A stretch of 64,000 nucleotides of DNA from Calcarisporiella thermophila CBS 279.70 (taxonomy: Eukaryota > Fungi > Calcarisporiellomycota), in the NCBI RefSeq assembly GCF_041956535.1, contig NW_027192231.1, positions 37,203 through 101,202 on the forward strand, written 5' to 3'. Shown piece after piece: positions 13,079 through 25,135 of this stretch. Position numbers and translations under genes: made by a program. The notes below the pieces were generated by a model. The model made no database searches, had not been told where the DNA came from, and saw nothing but the letters and a program-made list of their open reading frames with translations. Within the stretch, counting starts at the first letter, position 1; every line of letters starts with the position of its first letter.

Positions 13079-15262
13079 ATGTGCCTTTTTTATTCATAGC
13101 CTTGGTGACATATCTCATCTCATCTTCCGCTTTATTTTTTTATTTCCGTATCCACTTAGCAACAAAAAAGGAAAAAACTATAAAAAAAGATTTATTTCTT
13201 ATATATATTATTTTCCTGATTCTCCCTTCCCTTATTTTTTTTTTTACCTCGTCCCTCTATCTCTACTCTTGAACCCATTTGAACTCCATTCCTTATTTTT
13301 TTTTTTGGAGGGGCTATCGACTTATTTCTCTTATTATTTCTTATTTTTTCCTCTTCAAATCTTCCCACCCCCTTTTTGCTTTCAGTACACCCCTTAGTGA
13401 AGCTCTAAAAATCTTCTCTATGTTAAGAATATGTTTTTTTTTCGTTTTCTTTTTCAAAGAAATGGAATAAAAAAATTAAGCTTGTTTTTTTTTCTGATGA
13501 ACTCACCGAATCGTGAGTTGACAGACAGTTCAAATATAGATCGAAATGATTATTTTTAGGACATTTAACCTCAAGATTACGGCAACTGTGTGATTCACCG
13601 GCAACCTCATGAAAGGGGTACAAATGGGGTTGTATCTGGGAAAAAGAGTAAAGAGTCAAAGGGTATTCGGATAGAAACATGAGCAATGGATATTTTTCCC
13701 ATTTCCACTTGAAACCCAATTATATTCATAACCAGATTCCACTTTTCTTTTCATGTCTTGTAATCCTAAGGCGCCTTTTGATATACATTATCTACTCATT
13801 TCTGAATCTAGGCACGACTAAAAGAACCGCTTCAACAATATCTGTCAACCTAATGTGAGATATGTCCATCCTAAAGGAGCCACAAGAAAATAAGACTGCC
13901 GCCTGCTATTCGAATACATGTTTAAGAACCAGGATAAAATACTGGATACCGAAGCGATTCTTTCACCTCCTAACGAGAAAAGTATATGCGGAGGAATAAA
14001 TGCAAAGGGAAAGAGAAATGGCGTGCATAATAAAAACAAGAGGACGAAAACCTCCTTCAAGCTTCGCCTTCAACTCGATACTATATTTGATTATTCCCTC
14101 GCATATTGCTGATATATCATGGACTAAAAAGGGCGTGTGGGGGGCAAAGCCCAAACGCAATTTTACAGTGGGTAAGAGGAGATAGTGTCAGCGGGGAATG
14201 AGTGCTGTTCATCAAAGCTAATAAAAATGGAAAGGTTCACAGACAGCCATCGCCAGTCTGCTATGAAGTGTGATGTGAAAAATTAGTCACTAGTGCTGCT
14301 TACGCTACCTTGGTTAATTTTAAACTCTTCCATAGAGCCCCGTTACGTTTGTCGCATTAATTTAGTATGATGTTGGAAAACAAACTTGAGCACCTGAGTT
14401 CTAGATTCTAAAACATATCTCCTACCTCCGAAAAAACATCGCTTCACTACTCCCTCTCATACCCCATGGTGAATAACAGTTTTTTAATTTCTGCGAGTCG
14501 ACCGAGAACTCGGGCTCAAATCAGACCGATATTCTTCATCGGCAGATTCAAGCTTTCCTTAGCTTCTGTCCGTCCAGCTCTCATTCAGTGGCATATACGA
14601 TTTTAACTCGACGAGGATGTCTATAAAAACACTTAAACTTCGCAATTTTTTTTTTTCCCTTGGTGCGTCATAAACCTAGTATCAATCTTGAAATCTCTAT
14701 CGGAAATTATCTTGCAAAGACGAGGCGTGGTTTGTGTGCACACCTCAGATGATCCAACTCAAGTTGCTAGCTGTTCGGGCTCGCCTCTCGCTTTTGTGAA
14801 TTACTCTCCCCTCTCCTCCCCCCTATTTTCTCCGAATTCTATTTTCGGCTTTTCTATGAGACTCTTATCCTTTAGTCATGCACAGGTCAAACTTCAGCTT
14901 AATCGTCCCATCTCCGCCTACTTTGCTGAATTCCTGTGCTTTCGCTTACATTGGATGGGTCAAGCTTCCTTACTTTTTACTTCTGTTTTCTAGCTAAAAA
15001 TAACAAATGGCCAAATGGGTATTTGCACTTACCATGTTGAGCAATCAACTCTAAATGTAAGAATAGAAAGCGATGGAGTTAGCGGCTAAAAAGAGTAGTT
15101 TAGGATGCGGCGAGGAGGAGAGAGAAAATGAAAGGCTGACTTCAAAAAGGATATAAATATAGAGTGTCCATCTCTCCTCTCTCACCTTCACTTCATATCT
15201 TCGACATCTCTACTCAACCTCCGTTCTCTCTACTCTCTTGAAATTCTAAATCAAACAATAAA

Positions 15263-15649
15263 ATGAAATTCTCCGTTGCCGTTGTTACCCTCGCCCTTGC
15301 CGCCACCGTTTTGGCCTCGCCTCCGTTGCCCCGTCAAGTAAACGCTGCAGCACACTGTGATGGATTTGCTGAGATCGATGACCAACGTCTCTCGACTTAT
15401 GCTCGCCCGGATCATAAGCAGCTGCTTGAGAAATTCGAGAAGGTCAAGAACTTGGAGTGCAAGAATCTTGCCTCCGATAAGCCAATCAAGAGTATCGACA
15501 CGGCTAAATACACTCACTCTGTCTTCTACAAAGAAAAAGACTGCAAGGGCGCGACTGTGTATGACGGTCTTGGACCTGACAAAGACGCTAACATTGTTGC
15601 CAAATCTTTCAGGCTCTATTGCGGCGAGAATCCATTTGCTTCTCAGTAA
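15263..15649 (+). CDS. Small secreted 4-Cys protein; paralogue of 5872..6381
   Basis: Signal peptide MKFSVAVVTLALAATVLA, high similarity to the 5872 protein, TATAAATA at 15152. Confidence 0.9.
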   Translation: MKFSVAVVTLALAATVLASPPLPRQVNAAAHCDGFAEIDDQRLSTYARPDHKQLLEKFEKVKNLECKNLASDKPIKSIDTAKYTHSVFYKEKDCKGATVYDGLGPDKDANIVAKSFRLYCGENPFASQ

Positions 15650-18600
15650 TATCTCTTTTTCATCCTCCTCGCCTAAAAGAGGTCGTATCAGCCCTACACT
15701 ATCTAACCATTCTAAGTACAACCCGTGGAGATAAAACCACGCCTATGCGGTATGAGTGAATTATTTTTGGTTACTTGTTCCGAATCATGTAATGATGCTA
15801 CGATAATAAAGTATTGCTACTCAATTACTCTTATTCTTGGATAACACAATGAAAATATCTAGATTATTTTGTATCATACATCCTCCTAAGCTCTCTCAGT
15901 TTTCAAAGAGAATCCTTAATGAGCATCCAAAGGATCTCTCTGCAATCTGCCTTGACACTTTTATTTTTCGATATACCTAAGCATTTTGAGTGGCAAATGG
16001 TATATAACAATATCAGATGATAAAGTCGATATAAATCTACATCAGGAAACCAATTTAGACAATAGTCTATCCTGGGCAATATGAGTGTGATTTCAAGTAT
16101 TCTAAATACTTTTGAGATCTGAACGTCTGTTCTAACTGATGTTCTCTAAATCTCAGAGTTAAGCTTGAATTAGAAAGATGGGTAACATAGCAATCGCTTC
16201 TGCAATTCACATCCCATCCGCCCCAAGCACTGACGAGCTTGCCATAACCCCATATTTGGTGACCTGCAGTATAATACATCTAGGAGTCTGAGATGAGTTT
16301 TTAGCTTCTTGCCTCATGGTGGATAAGAGAAGTAAAGGAATTAGACGAAGCAATTCTACTTAAGTCAAGGATTATCGAGTTTGCCAATAACACAATACAA
16401 TGCGTACCAGAATCCAATAGCCTCGAAATTTACCTGATACTTTATAACAATTGGATAAAGCTCATTAGATGATGCTGGTGAGTATTTTTACAAACTTTGG
16501 AAGTGTAGTGTGCAAACTTAAAATTAATAACAGCCTTCTTCATATTAAAGATGAGAAAACAGGTTGAGACATGAGAGGTCGCTTTGATTTGCATCTCAAT
16601 GGGGAGTGTAATATTCTGAGTTTTCGGGCGAGTAGATAGAATTGAAATGGAAAGCAAGAGAAGATGAAATCGAAGACTCTGCAGATGGAGCATTACGAGA
16701 GTCCAATTCCCACAGGTTTATTATAGGTAGAGACGTGTATTCTTTATGCTCATTGCTTAAGTCCCAGCCTCTGTTAAGGCAGCCCCCTCCCTCATTCCGG
16801 TAATCGATAAAAATATTTAGAACAGTGGGGGAGTTGAGTTCAAGACCCATTTTCCAATTCCAAATAGGTGTCACTGAGAGACCACGTTTGTGAGAAACGG
16901 AACATAACAGAAGCCACTGCCGGAAAATAAGTATTTCCCTCCAAGTTAGAACTGGCCTTTTTCCGCAGAAATGGGCTGGTGCAGCATCGGAGCGCGCATT
17001 GAGTTTAGTGCAGCGATGAAGCTTTTTCCTATTACTCCAACCTGTTCTCCATTCCTGTTTGCCTTGTTCTCGCAGGTCAATTGTCCGGAATGGCTAGGCG
17101 AAGACTATTTACTCTTCAAAAACGAGTTTGTCTGCTGAGCAAGCCTTGGCTGTCCATGCCGAACCGATGCCTAACTATGCGTGTATATGACGGGGCGCAT
17201 GCTTGCCTTCTAGAAATGGTCAGCGGATTAATGGAGAGGGGCGAGGAGTGGGCGGGTTAGGACGAGAAAATAATATCACAATTTGAAAATGCTGGCCCAC
17301 TTACCAAAATGCATACTAATCCATCCTAGCTCTTCTCCGATCTACAATGCAAGCATAACGTGGCCAGGGGGAGTGGAAATACCTGAGCAATCGCCAAGGA
17401 TTCCTCTCCTATTCTTCCACGCTTCTCTTTCCTCTCTCTTTGTTTTCAACCTGAAGCTCAAAATTGGGCAACGCCACATTATCTAATTTATACAGGCAGA
17501 TTATGTAAATGCCCCAGTTGAGCAATGGGGAGCAGCGGCTTATGGATTTCAGAATTTGACAACACTTTGTTGTATACTGCCTCTTGATCCTCTCGATTTG
17601 GAACAGAGGCGCCAAGCTTTTCATTATTTTCTCTAGCCCATTCCCAATTTCCCCTTGCTATTTCACGATCAAAAGGTCCAATCTAGGCGCATTTTTTTGA
17701 TTTTCCTCCTGCTCCTCATCCAACCTCCTCTCCACCGTTAAAATATGGGGGGCCCTATTCCTGCACACCTTAGTAAGAAAGTTTAAGTACGGCACCCAAA
17801 TGGAGAACAAAACGTGTTTGATTACCGCTTTAATTTTTATATTCTTGGAAATCGTTTTGAATTGATCAAAGTTTTGCGATCACGCCTAGACAGTTTGAGA
17901 TGCAGGAGCATGACGTATTTATTTGGGAAAAAAAAAAAGCAGTGATGTGGTCTCAGGGGATGTCCTTCAGGGAGAAGAGTATCCCTAGGGGGACGCAGAT
18001 TCCTTTTTTTTTTTAAACACCACAGATGGGCGCGCGTGGAACGCTCCGGGCTCGCATTAGGACAGGCGACGCGGGCCTCAATGCAGAGCGGGGTAACGAA
18101 GAGCTGACGGAAGCACGCGTCAGTGAGCGACGACGCGAGGGCGGGGTTGGGCGAAAACAAAGCTGCCAAACGGGAGAAGCAGTTGACACAATCTCCCACC
18201 CGCAGCCCGTCCCATGTCCGCGGCAGCCAAGTAGAGGAACGGCGGGAAGTGGTGGCGATGTGAAACGAAGTGAAGATACTTTAGGGGATCTGCCGTGTTT
18301 GGAGAAAATAAACGTGGGGCTTCTTTTGAGTTTTGAGTTTCCAATCCTTTTGCGCATCGATAAGCTCCTCTATACGAGCCGTTTCTACGCTTTTCTATTT
18401 CCATGACTGTCTTTTCCGGTGTGGAGAGTGGAACGACAGGATGAATATCTTCTCTACCGGCCAAGGTTTGCCCAGCGTGCCAATGAGAAACAGGCCGCAA
18501 GATTAAATGCATACGCATACTGGCTTTTGGGCCTATAAGCCATTGCAATCCAAGTCAAGTGGAGGCTAATCTCCTCTTCAACCCGGCTCAATTCAACTCA

Positions 18601-19495
18601 ACTCAACTCAGCCCAACCAAACCAAGCCAAACCGGAAAGGTTTTCGCGGCTTCTTCTCCCCTCTGCCCGAACCCGCGCGAGTCATTTAATTGCGGCGGCC
18701 GAGAGCCTTCCGCGCCCTTGACAGGTTTTCCTCCACAGAGTCTATCTCCCATCCCCCTCAAGCAGCCCGGATTCCGCAACGCATCCCTCAACGCATCCCG
18801 CAACAAGAAAGATCCTAAAATTATACAAACCCGGCTTTTGAGCCGCAATTGGCCTGAGCAGTTTCTTCCCTCCTGTTTCTCCTTTATTCCTTTATTTTTT
18901 CCTCTTTTTTCTTCCTTAAAATATCGCGAATGTTTGAGGCCACACCCGGGTAGTGAAAGCCGCGAAAGAGCAAAGATTTGCAAGGTTTCGACACAATAAT
19001 TTCCTATTTTGGGGGCCTCCCTTCAGCTTATTACTCTTCGATTTTCTTCATTGTCTCTGAACTTCCTTCTTGCATCTCTTCCTTTTTTCCTCCCTAATTT
19101 AACATTGCTAGAAAAAGAAAATCAACCATTGGCAAAGCAAAAAGGAGAGTACGCCTTCACACTTGAATTCCTTTAGGACAGCCGCTAGCGTAAGCATTTC
19201 CTTAATAGTTTTCCCCTTATCGAGCGCGTCTGAAGTGTTCTCCCTCCCTCTTCCTTCCCTCCCTCCCCCCTTCCCCCTCTGTAGTATGGAGTAATGAATC
19301 GATTAGTGTGTTGAATCTTCCTCTTCTATATATTTTCATTGTTTTCTCCTGAGAACATATCCATATCAACCCCCCTATTAACATCACGACATACTGTTAT
19401 ACTCATATCCCCCTTTTTATATTTGGCAATTCCTTGAACCATTTCCCCCCTGATTTGCCTCCCTGTGCTTGAAGCCAAAATCACCCCCCTCCCCA

Positions 19496-21082
19496 ATGAA
19501 TTTCACGGCAACATTTCCACAAACACTCCCAATGCTCCGCGAGCATTCCCTTCCAATCTATTTCCCCTCCACCGCTGCAACCCCCACAACCACCTCTGTC
19601 CCCTCTGCATCCTCCACCACCAGCCATTTCGCCTCTTCTTCTCCAGCATCTACACCCACTCTTCCAAGCGGCCCCTTCGAATCCTCCTCCAACATCGAGT
19701 TCAAACCCACTTTCTATAATCCTTTTGAAATCAAGCATAGGCGACGGACTAGCAAATCACAATTCCGCATACTTGAGCGCGCCTTCCATGACAATCCAAA
19801 ACCAAACAATGCCGTTAGACGCGAACTGGCCTCTAAGTTGCACATGACCCCGCGGAACGTGCAGATATGGTTCCAGAATCGCCGCGCAAAAGCAAAGAAG
19901 ACCTCCGAACGGCCCGGTGATAATGGTGACGACGGCGGCGGCGGCGGCGGCGGCGGCGGTGACGGTTGCGACGACGGAGGAAAGAAGCCACTCGCACAAC
20001 AGCAACAGGAATCCTCCAGCGGAAGCGAGTTGGACGGTGAGGGGACGGGTTCGTGTGATTTCCTGGCTCGTGAGGGCGGGGAGAAAGTGGCCAGTGCACG
20101 AAGGCTAGTGCGGTCGAGGACGCTGGACGAAATCTCGAACTTGCCGGCCATTACCATTACCCCGATGGGTCACACCAAATCACTGGGCCTAGAGGCCGAG
20201 CGGGAGCTTGGCGGTGGAGAGAACGGAAGGAGAAAAAGAGGTGGCGACCTGCTCAAACTGGACATTCCGCAGCCATCCTCCTTCTCGCAACGGTCGAGCC
20301 ATCCGTCTCAAACACAAGCGCAACCGCAACCTCAATTGCCGTCGCATACACAGTCACAGCAGCAGTCACAGTCGCAACCTCTGCCATCATTCGATCAACG
20401 TCCACCCAATGAGGTCCTGAATATGGCCATGCGCTCCATGGCTGCCGGATGCACATGGATGGACATGACAGCGCTTGAGGAGTACGCCATATATCCAATG
20501 CCATCTTTCACCGAGCAGCTTTCACCTCTCTCCGCCACCTCCCCCACCTCTACCCCCACCTCGGCCACCGAGTTCTCAACGGCTATGGACCCGCGTACTC
20601 TCGAGGTGCATGCCATGGCTCGTCGCAACTCGTGTCCAACCGAGTTCATCACGTCTTTTTTCAACATGGGCTTTAACTCCTCCACCGCCCCCTCCCACCC
20701 AGCTTCCTCCGTGCCGCCCGTTGTGACGGAGTCCGCTGGCGAGGAGAAGTTGGCAACGATTGCAGAGGACTCGTGCTATCCCACGATGCACGGAGGCCTC
20801 ACCCAGTTTCTAGAGGAGCCCAGCCAGACGAAACGTCGCTTCTCTGAGCCTCAGTCCCGCCTCATCGCTGAAGGGGGAACCTATTTCCAGCCCACCTCTA
20901 CCTCCCACCTCTACGAACCATCAGCCCAAGCCCCTGCGTCCGGACCAGTGGACGAGAACGAAACTCCTGTCTCGGCCCCCCTTCCCCATCTCCTCAACAC
21001 CCCATTGGCATATGCATCCTTGCCCCCTCACATGGTTCGCAGTCACAAGGTGAACTCTCCGATTTGGCAACGCCAGCATTGA
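19496..21082 (+). CDS. Homeodomain transcription factor
   Basis: KHRRRTSKSQFRILERAF..NPKP....RRELA.KL.MTPRNVQIWFQNRRAK, with a long low-complexity C-terminus. Confidence 0.93.
   Translation: MNFTATFPQTLPMLREHSLPIYFPSTAATPTTTSVPSASSTTSHFASSSPASTPTLPSGPFESSSNIEFKPTFYNPFEIKHRRRTSKSQFRILERAFHDNPKPNNAVRRELASKLHMTPRNVQIWFQNRRAKAKKTSERPGDNGDDGGGGGGGGGDGCDDGGKKPLAQQQQESSSGSELDGEGTGSCDFLAREGGEKVASARRLVRSRTLDEISNLPAITITPMGHTKSLGLEAERELGGGENGRRKRGGDLLKLDIPQPSSFSQRSSHPSQTQAQPQPQLPSHTQSQQQSQSQPLPSFDQRPPNEVLNMAMRSMAAGCTWMDMTALEEYAIYPMPSFTEQLSPLSATSPTSTPTSATEFSTAMDPRTLEVHAMARRNSCPTEFITSFFNMGFNSSTAPSHPASSVPPVVTESAGEEKLATIAEDSCYPTMHGGLTQFLEEPSQTKRRFSEPQSRLIAEGGTYFQPTSTSHLYEPSAQAPASGPVDENETPVSAPLPHLLNTPLAYASLPPHMVRSHKVNSPIWQRQH
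19934..19957 (+). repeat. (GGC)8 coding microsatellite encoding poly-Gly
   Basis: Directly visible, just after the homeodomain. Confidence 0.95.
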
Positions 21083-21745
21083 TCCCTCCCTTTCCCTCAC
21101 TGGTAATCACATAACTTTATCCTATTTTATCGTATTAAATACTCTCTCTCTCTCGAAATGCGGAAACGAAAGAGGTTGAGTGTACGCGGGAGGAAAAAAT
21201 TTATTCTTTTGTTTCTTGTATCTTTCGTATCTTGTTTCTCGTATCTCTCCCTCCGTCTTTTTCTGTATTCTATTTCCTTTTTTAATTATCTTAAGTAACT
21301 TTTTTATTTTAACAAAAGTTCTTCGATTAGGCTAAAAAATTTGATATGATTCCTCTAGTATTAAATTATTATAAAGGTGGAGCAGTGCTGAGATTCCTTG
21401 TATGAGTTCCTAAGTGAAATAAAAATTTATAGTCGACGAGGACTAACCTGAATTTCAATCTCGGTGGCGAAGGAGTGTTTAGGATGCTGCGTCATTCAGT
21501 TGCGTGGTAAGCTCTAACTCAAGGAGAGGGGACAGGTGCCAGTGTGAGATACCTTTTCATTTGCTCCGTCTAGATTAGCACAAATATACTTTCTAGAAGT
21601 GGCGCAGACTTTCTATTGGATTTAAATGAGAGTGAAATGTTTTATTTTTATAACGAGTTAAACTAAGTTATTATATCCCCTCCCTTCCTGGTATAATCTA
21701 AACTAATTTAAACTTCTCTTCCTCCGCCCCCCGCCTCCTCTATCG

Positions 21746-23430
21746 ATGCTGAGAATGCTAACACCACGCCGTTTGGCGGCGTTCCGTGCCGATCCCAAGC
21801 ATCGCCTCGCTATCCGTCTCTTTACATTCCTCATCTTCAGTGCATTTTCACTTCTCATAGTACTATACATTCTCTTTTCCTCCACACCATACACCCTATT
21901 CCACCGTAGAAAACCAAACGTCACACGGGGATCGAGGCGGATGCACGAAGGGCTCCGGTTCCTCGAAAGCGATGACTGGATCTTCAGCGGAAGCGAGCGC
22001 ATTCCCACCTACCATCCTCTGCCACCTGAAAAATCTCTCCCGACCACCGCTGTTCCCGCCCATCCCCGGATCCGGGATGTTGATATATGTGTTGTGGTGG
22101 TCACGGTATTCCGGAAGCACAAGCAGTATCTCGAATACGCTATCGGATCGGTGCTTGATACCCTAAGTGCCAGCGAGAGAGAAAAATTCCATCTGGCTCT
22201 GTTCGTAGCCGACCCCGATCCGGGGCGGACGCTACGACATGCGGCAAGGCACAACATCACTAGACTGGTAGATACAGTATTTACATACCCCTGTAACCAT
22301 ACAATGAGTGTCGATGGTGTCCCAGATGGCTACAAAATTGCCTGTGAAGAGGAAAAACTTCGACCGGCCTCCTCAATTCCCGACTCCCAGGAAGGAGCCA
22401 AGGTATTCCACAGAATGCGAACACTAGATATCCGCAACAACCACGATGCATGGGTCACTAAGGAGATTTTCGATTACGCTATGGTTACTCGGTACTGCCT
22501 CGAGGAAACTAACGCCCCTTGGTGCCTGGTCCTTGAAGACGACGTGGTGGCATCCGAGGGATGGGCCCCTGCACTGAGAAGCGCTTTGAAAGAGGTGGAG
22601 CGATATGAGCGCGGAGAACTGCGCGAACCCACTGGACTCTTGCAAGGGTGGCCGTATCCATCATCGGCCAAACCACAGAGGCCTACCCGAAAAGCTAAGT
22701 CGGCGGGTGAGATTAAGAAGCAAGGAAATAAGTGGATTTATCTGCGCCTCTTCTACACGGAGCACCTAATGGGCTTTGGCTCCGAGGACCAGGACACCGT
22801 GGTTGTGCTCGGCTATGCCGCACTGGTGAGCATGTGTGTGGGCTTCCTATGCCAGCAGTGGCTGAAGGCTTCTCCGATGCGGGCTCGGATTTGGTGGGCT
22901 CGACCCTACAATCGTCTCGCCTTGCTGGCTTGCTGCGCGACTATCGTCGGGTTTATTGTGCTTATTCCTTACTCGTATGGAAAACAGGTAAATACTCCAG
23001 CCGCACACTAATGATAATGGAATGGACTTCTTGAGGCGTATGGGTTTTTTATCTTTTGACGCGGGATCTTTATGTTCAAATGCAAGGCAGTTGGAATGGC
23101 ATGCTAACCCCACTATACCCTCGATAGAATCTCTTTACCCAGAAGCCCGGCCTCACCACCCGGCTTTTTAACGTGTGCTGCACACCATCTTTGCTCTATC
23201 CACGTAGCGTCCTCCCCGCCCTCTCCAACCACCTACTGCAGGTGGCAGCCAATGACACCAACAAAGAGCCACTTGATTTCCTAATTGAAACCTACGCTGA
23301 GGAGCAGAATCTCGCGAGGCTGACCTGGGTCCCCAGTCTTTTCCAGCATGTTGGCTTTTTAAGCAGTAAAGTAAGCGACGACCTAAGAACCGCATTCTAT
23401 AGCTTAAGCTTTGAACGCCAGGGGCGTTGA
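21746..23430 (+). CDS. PGAP4/TMEM246-like GT-A glycosyltransferase; exons 21746-22987 and 23128-23430
   Basis: N-terminal TM segment, YLEYAIGSVL, DY...CLVLEDD acidic motif, YLRLFYTE, two inserted TM helices, then CCTPSLLYP and PSLFQHVG. The intron restores the frame. Confidence 0.75.
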
Positions 23431-25135
23431 GGGGCGCATCCTAGATCTCATTTATTGTACGAAGTTTTTTCAAGTGTATTCATGGCATTCTATTTTACCA
23501 TCTCTTATAACAAATGCTATTGTTATTCATATTTATAACATTTTTATGTGATAATGATCCACGGCAAGCTCACAACAACGCATCTAGTTCTAGAGGGATA
23601 AACTTCATTGAAGACGAAGATTACGAAGGTGGGGATGGTTCAGAGCGACACAATATTTTCAGTTAATGAGTGGTGGAGCAACAAGGGGTGGGGGTGAAGG
23701 GAGTGGAGAACCGCGGTTGAACACACGCGGAACCCCTTGAACACAGTATTCTAGAATAAAAGATGATTAAATGACAAATTCAAGGCTCGATCCATCAGCA
23801 TATTGAACATCATAATTTAACATGAAATTTCATGGCCTCTTTTGTTCTCTTCCTCGTGTTTCCACGCGACATTACCGAGGACCCAGCCGAGTTCATTGGA
23901 TCGTATTTGAGGGTACCTTGCGATCGGTTCTCTCGCTTCCTATTGGATTCATCCTTTGATGGATTTCCTCTGCTGCCCTTCTGATGTATTTTCTCATGAG
24001 AATACTCGTTAGAATGACCAACATTAACGGGATTCATGCGCACGGAATTATCGCTCTGCGGGCAGCATGGATTCACTAGCACCTTGCGAGTCCGCCCTAG
24101 CCGCTTAGTGATGCTGCTCTGGCCAGATTCCTGATTGATGCGATGTAGAGCTGGGGATTTTGTTTGCACAGGGGCCGGGTTGAGGCGGGCATGGATGGGA
24201 GTGGATGCGGTGTCGAGGCTTGAGGAAATGCGTCGCTTCCTTTGTTGCTGGGTGTCAGTCACTATGGAACGAATCTTGTGTTTGCGGTCGTAGTGAAGAT
24301 GGATTTGCACCGTCATTTGCAGGCGAGCTTGTCAAGCAAAACTATGAGAAAGGGTTGTGGAATCGAGGTGAGCTAGCTGAAATATAGACAAGGGAATCCT
24401 AGTACTTTCTTCCATCATTAGCGCCAAATGCAGTTTAATATACGATTTTATCTCCGACAAGGGATTTCATTAGTCTCCAATAGGGCCCTGTGTGTTGCGT
24501 GGCAAATTTTCGTTTGAATAGATGGGGAATGCAGAGGCAGATAGCAATGGCATTTAGGAAAATGGATCTAATCTACGCCGGATTCACTCCTGAATTGTCT
24601 GGTGTTGAATGGAACCTGGAGGGCTCCTTTCCGACATCAAGGCCTTGTGTAATTACGAGGCTATTGAGAATCTTCTAGGCCACAAAATCTTGAGTTATTC
24701 ATTGCAAATTGAAGGTCCAATTTGAAAAGAAATCTGATCAACTGCCTGCAAATGCGATGAAAACGACGCCAAAATTGGCTGTATTTAGTATATACGTGAA
24801 TGGATTGAAGCTTTCCAAGTCTACGGTTACCAGAGCATTAGCTTCGGCATCCCTCTGGATTTTAGAGAAATATAGCTAGGATCAAGAAGGAGAGCTCAAC
24901 TCAATCCTGTTTGGAAGACTATGGAGAGGAGGGTTCCTTAAGGCTTGGTTTGAAGCATATGCGAATATCAGAGTTACGCATTGAGTGCGATATCCAATTT
25001 TGTCGATTTGTATTAGGGCCAAGGACAATATCCCCGAAAATCTCCTACGTTTTCTACCCAGCTCCTTGGCCCGAAAGTACTCCATCCCCATCTTTAGCTT
25101 TGTGTTTGTTTTGTTTCTTCTATACCTATCGACCC

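Noticed and set aside
17837-18999. Cluster of overlapping 110-146 aa ORFs
   Set aside because: GC-rich upstream region of the homeobox gene. The ORFs lie on both strands and show no protein-like motifs.
23810-24316. 168-aa basic ORF on the minus strand
   Set aside because: No recognisable domain. It could be a real orphan gene but cannot be supported from sequence alone.
24911-25135. N-terminal extension of the lipase ORF from a TTG start
   Set aside because: The ATG at 25136 directly precedes a signal peptide, so the extension is probably an ORF-caller artefact.
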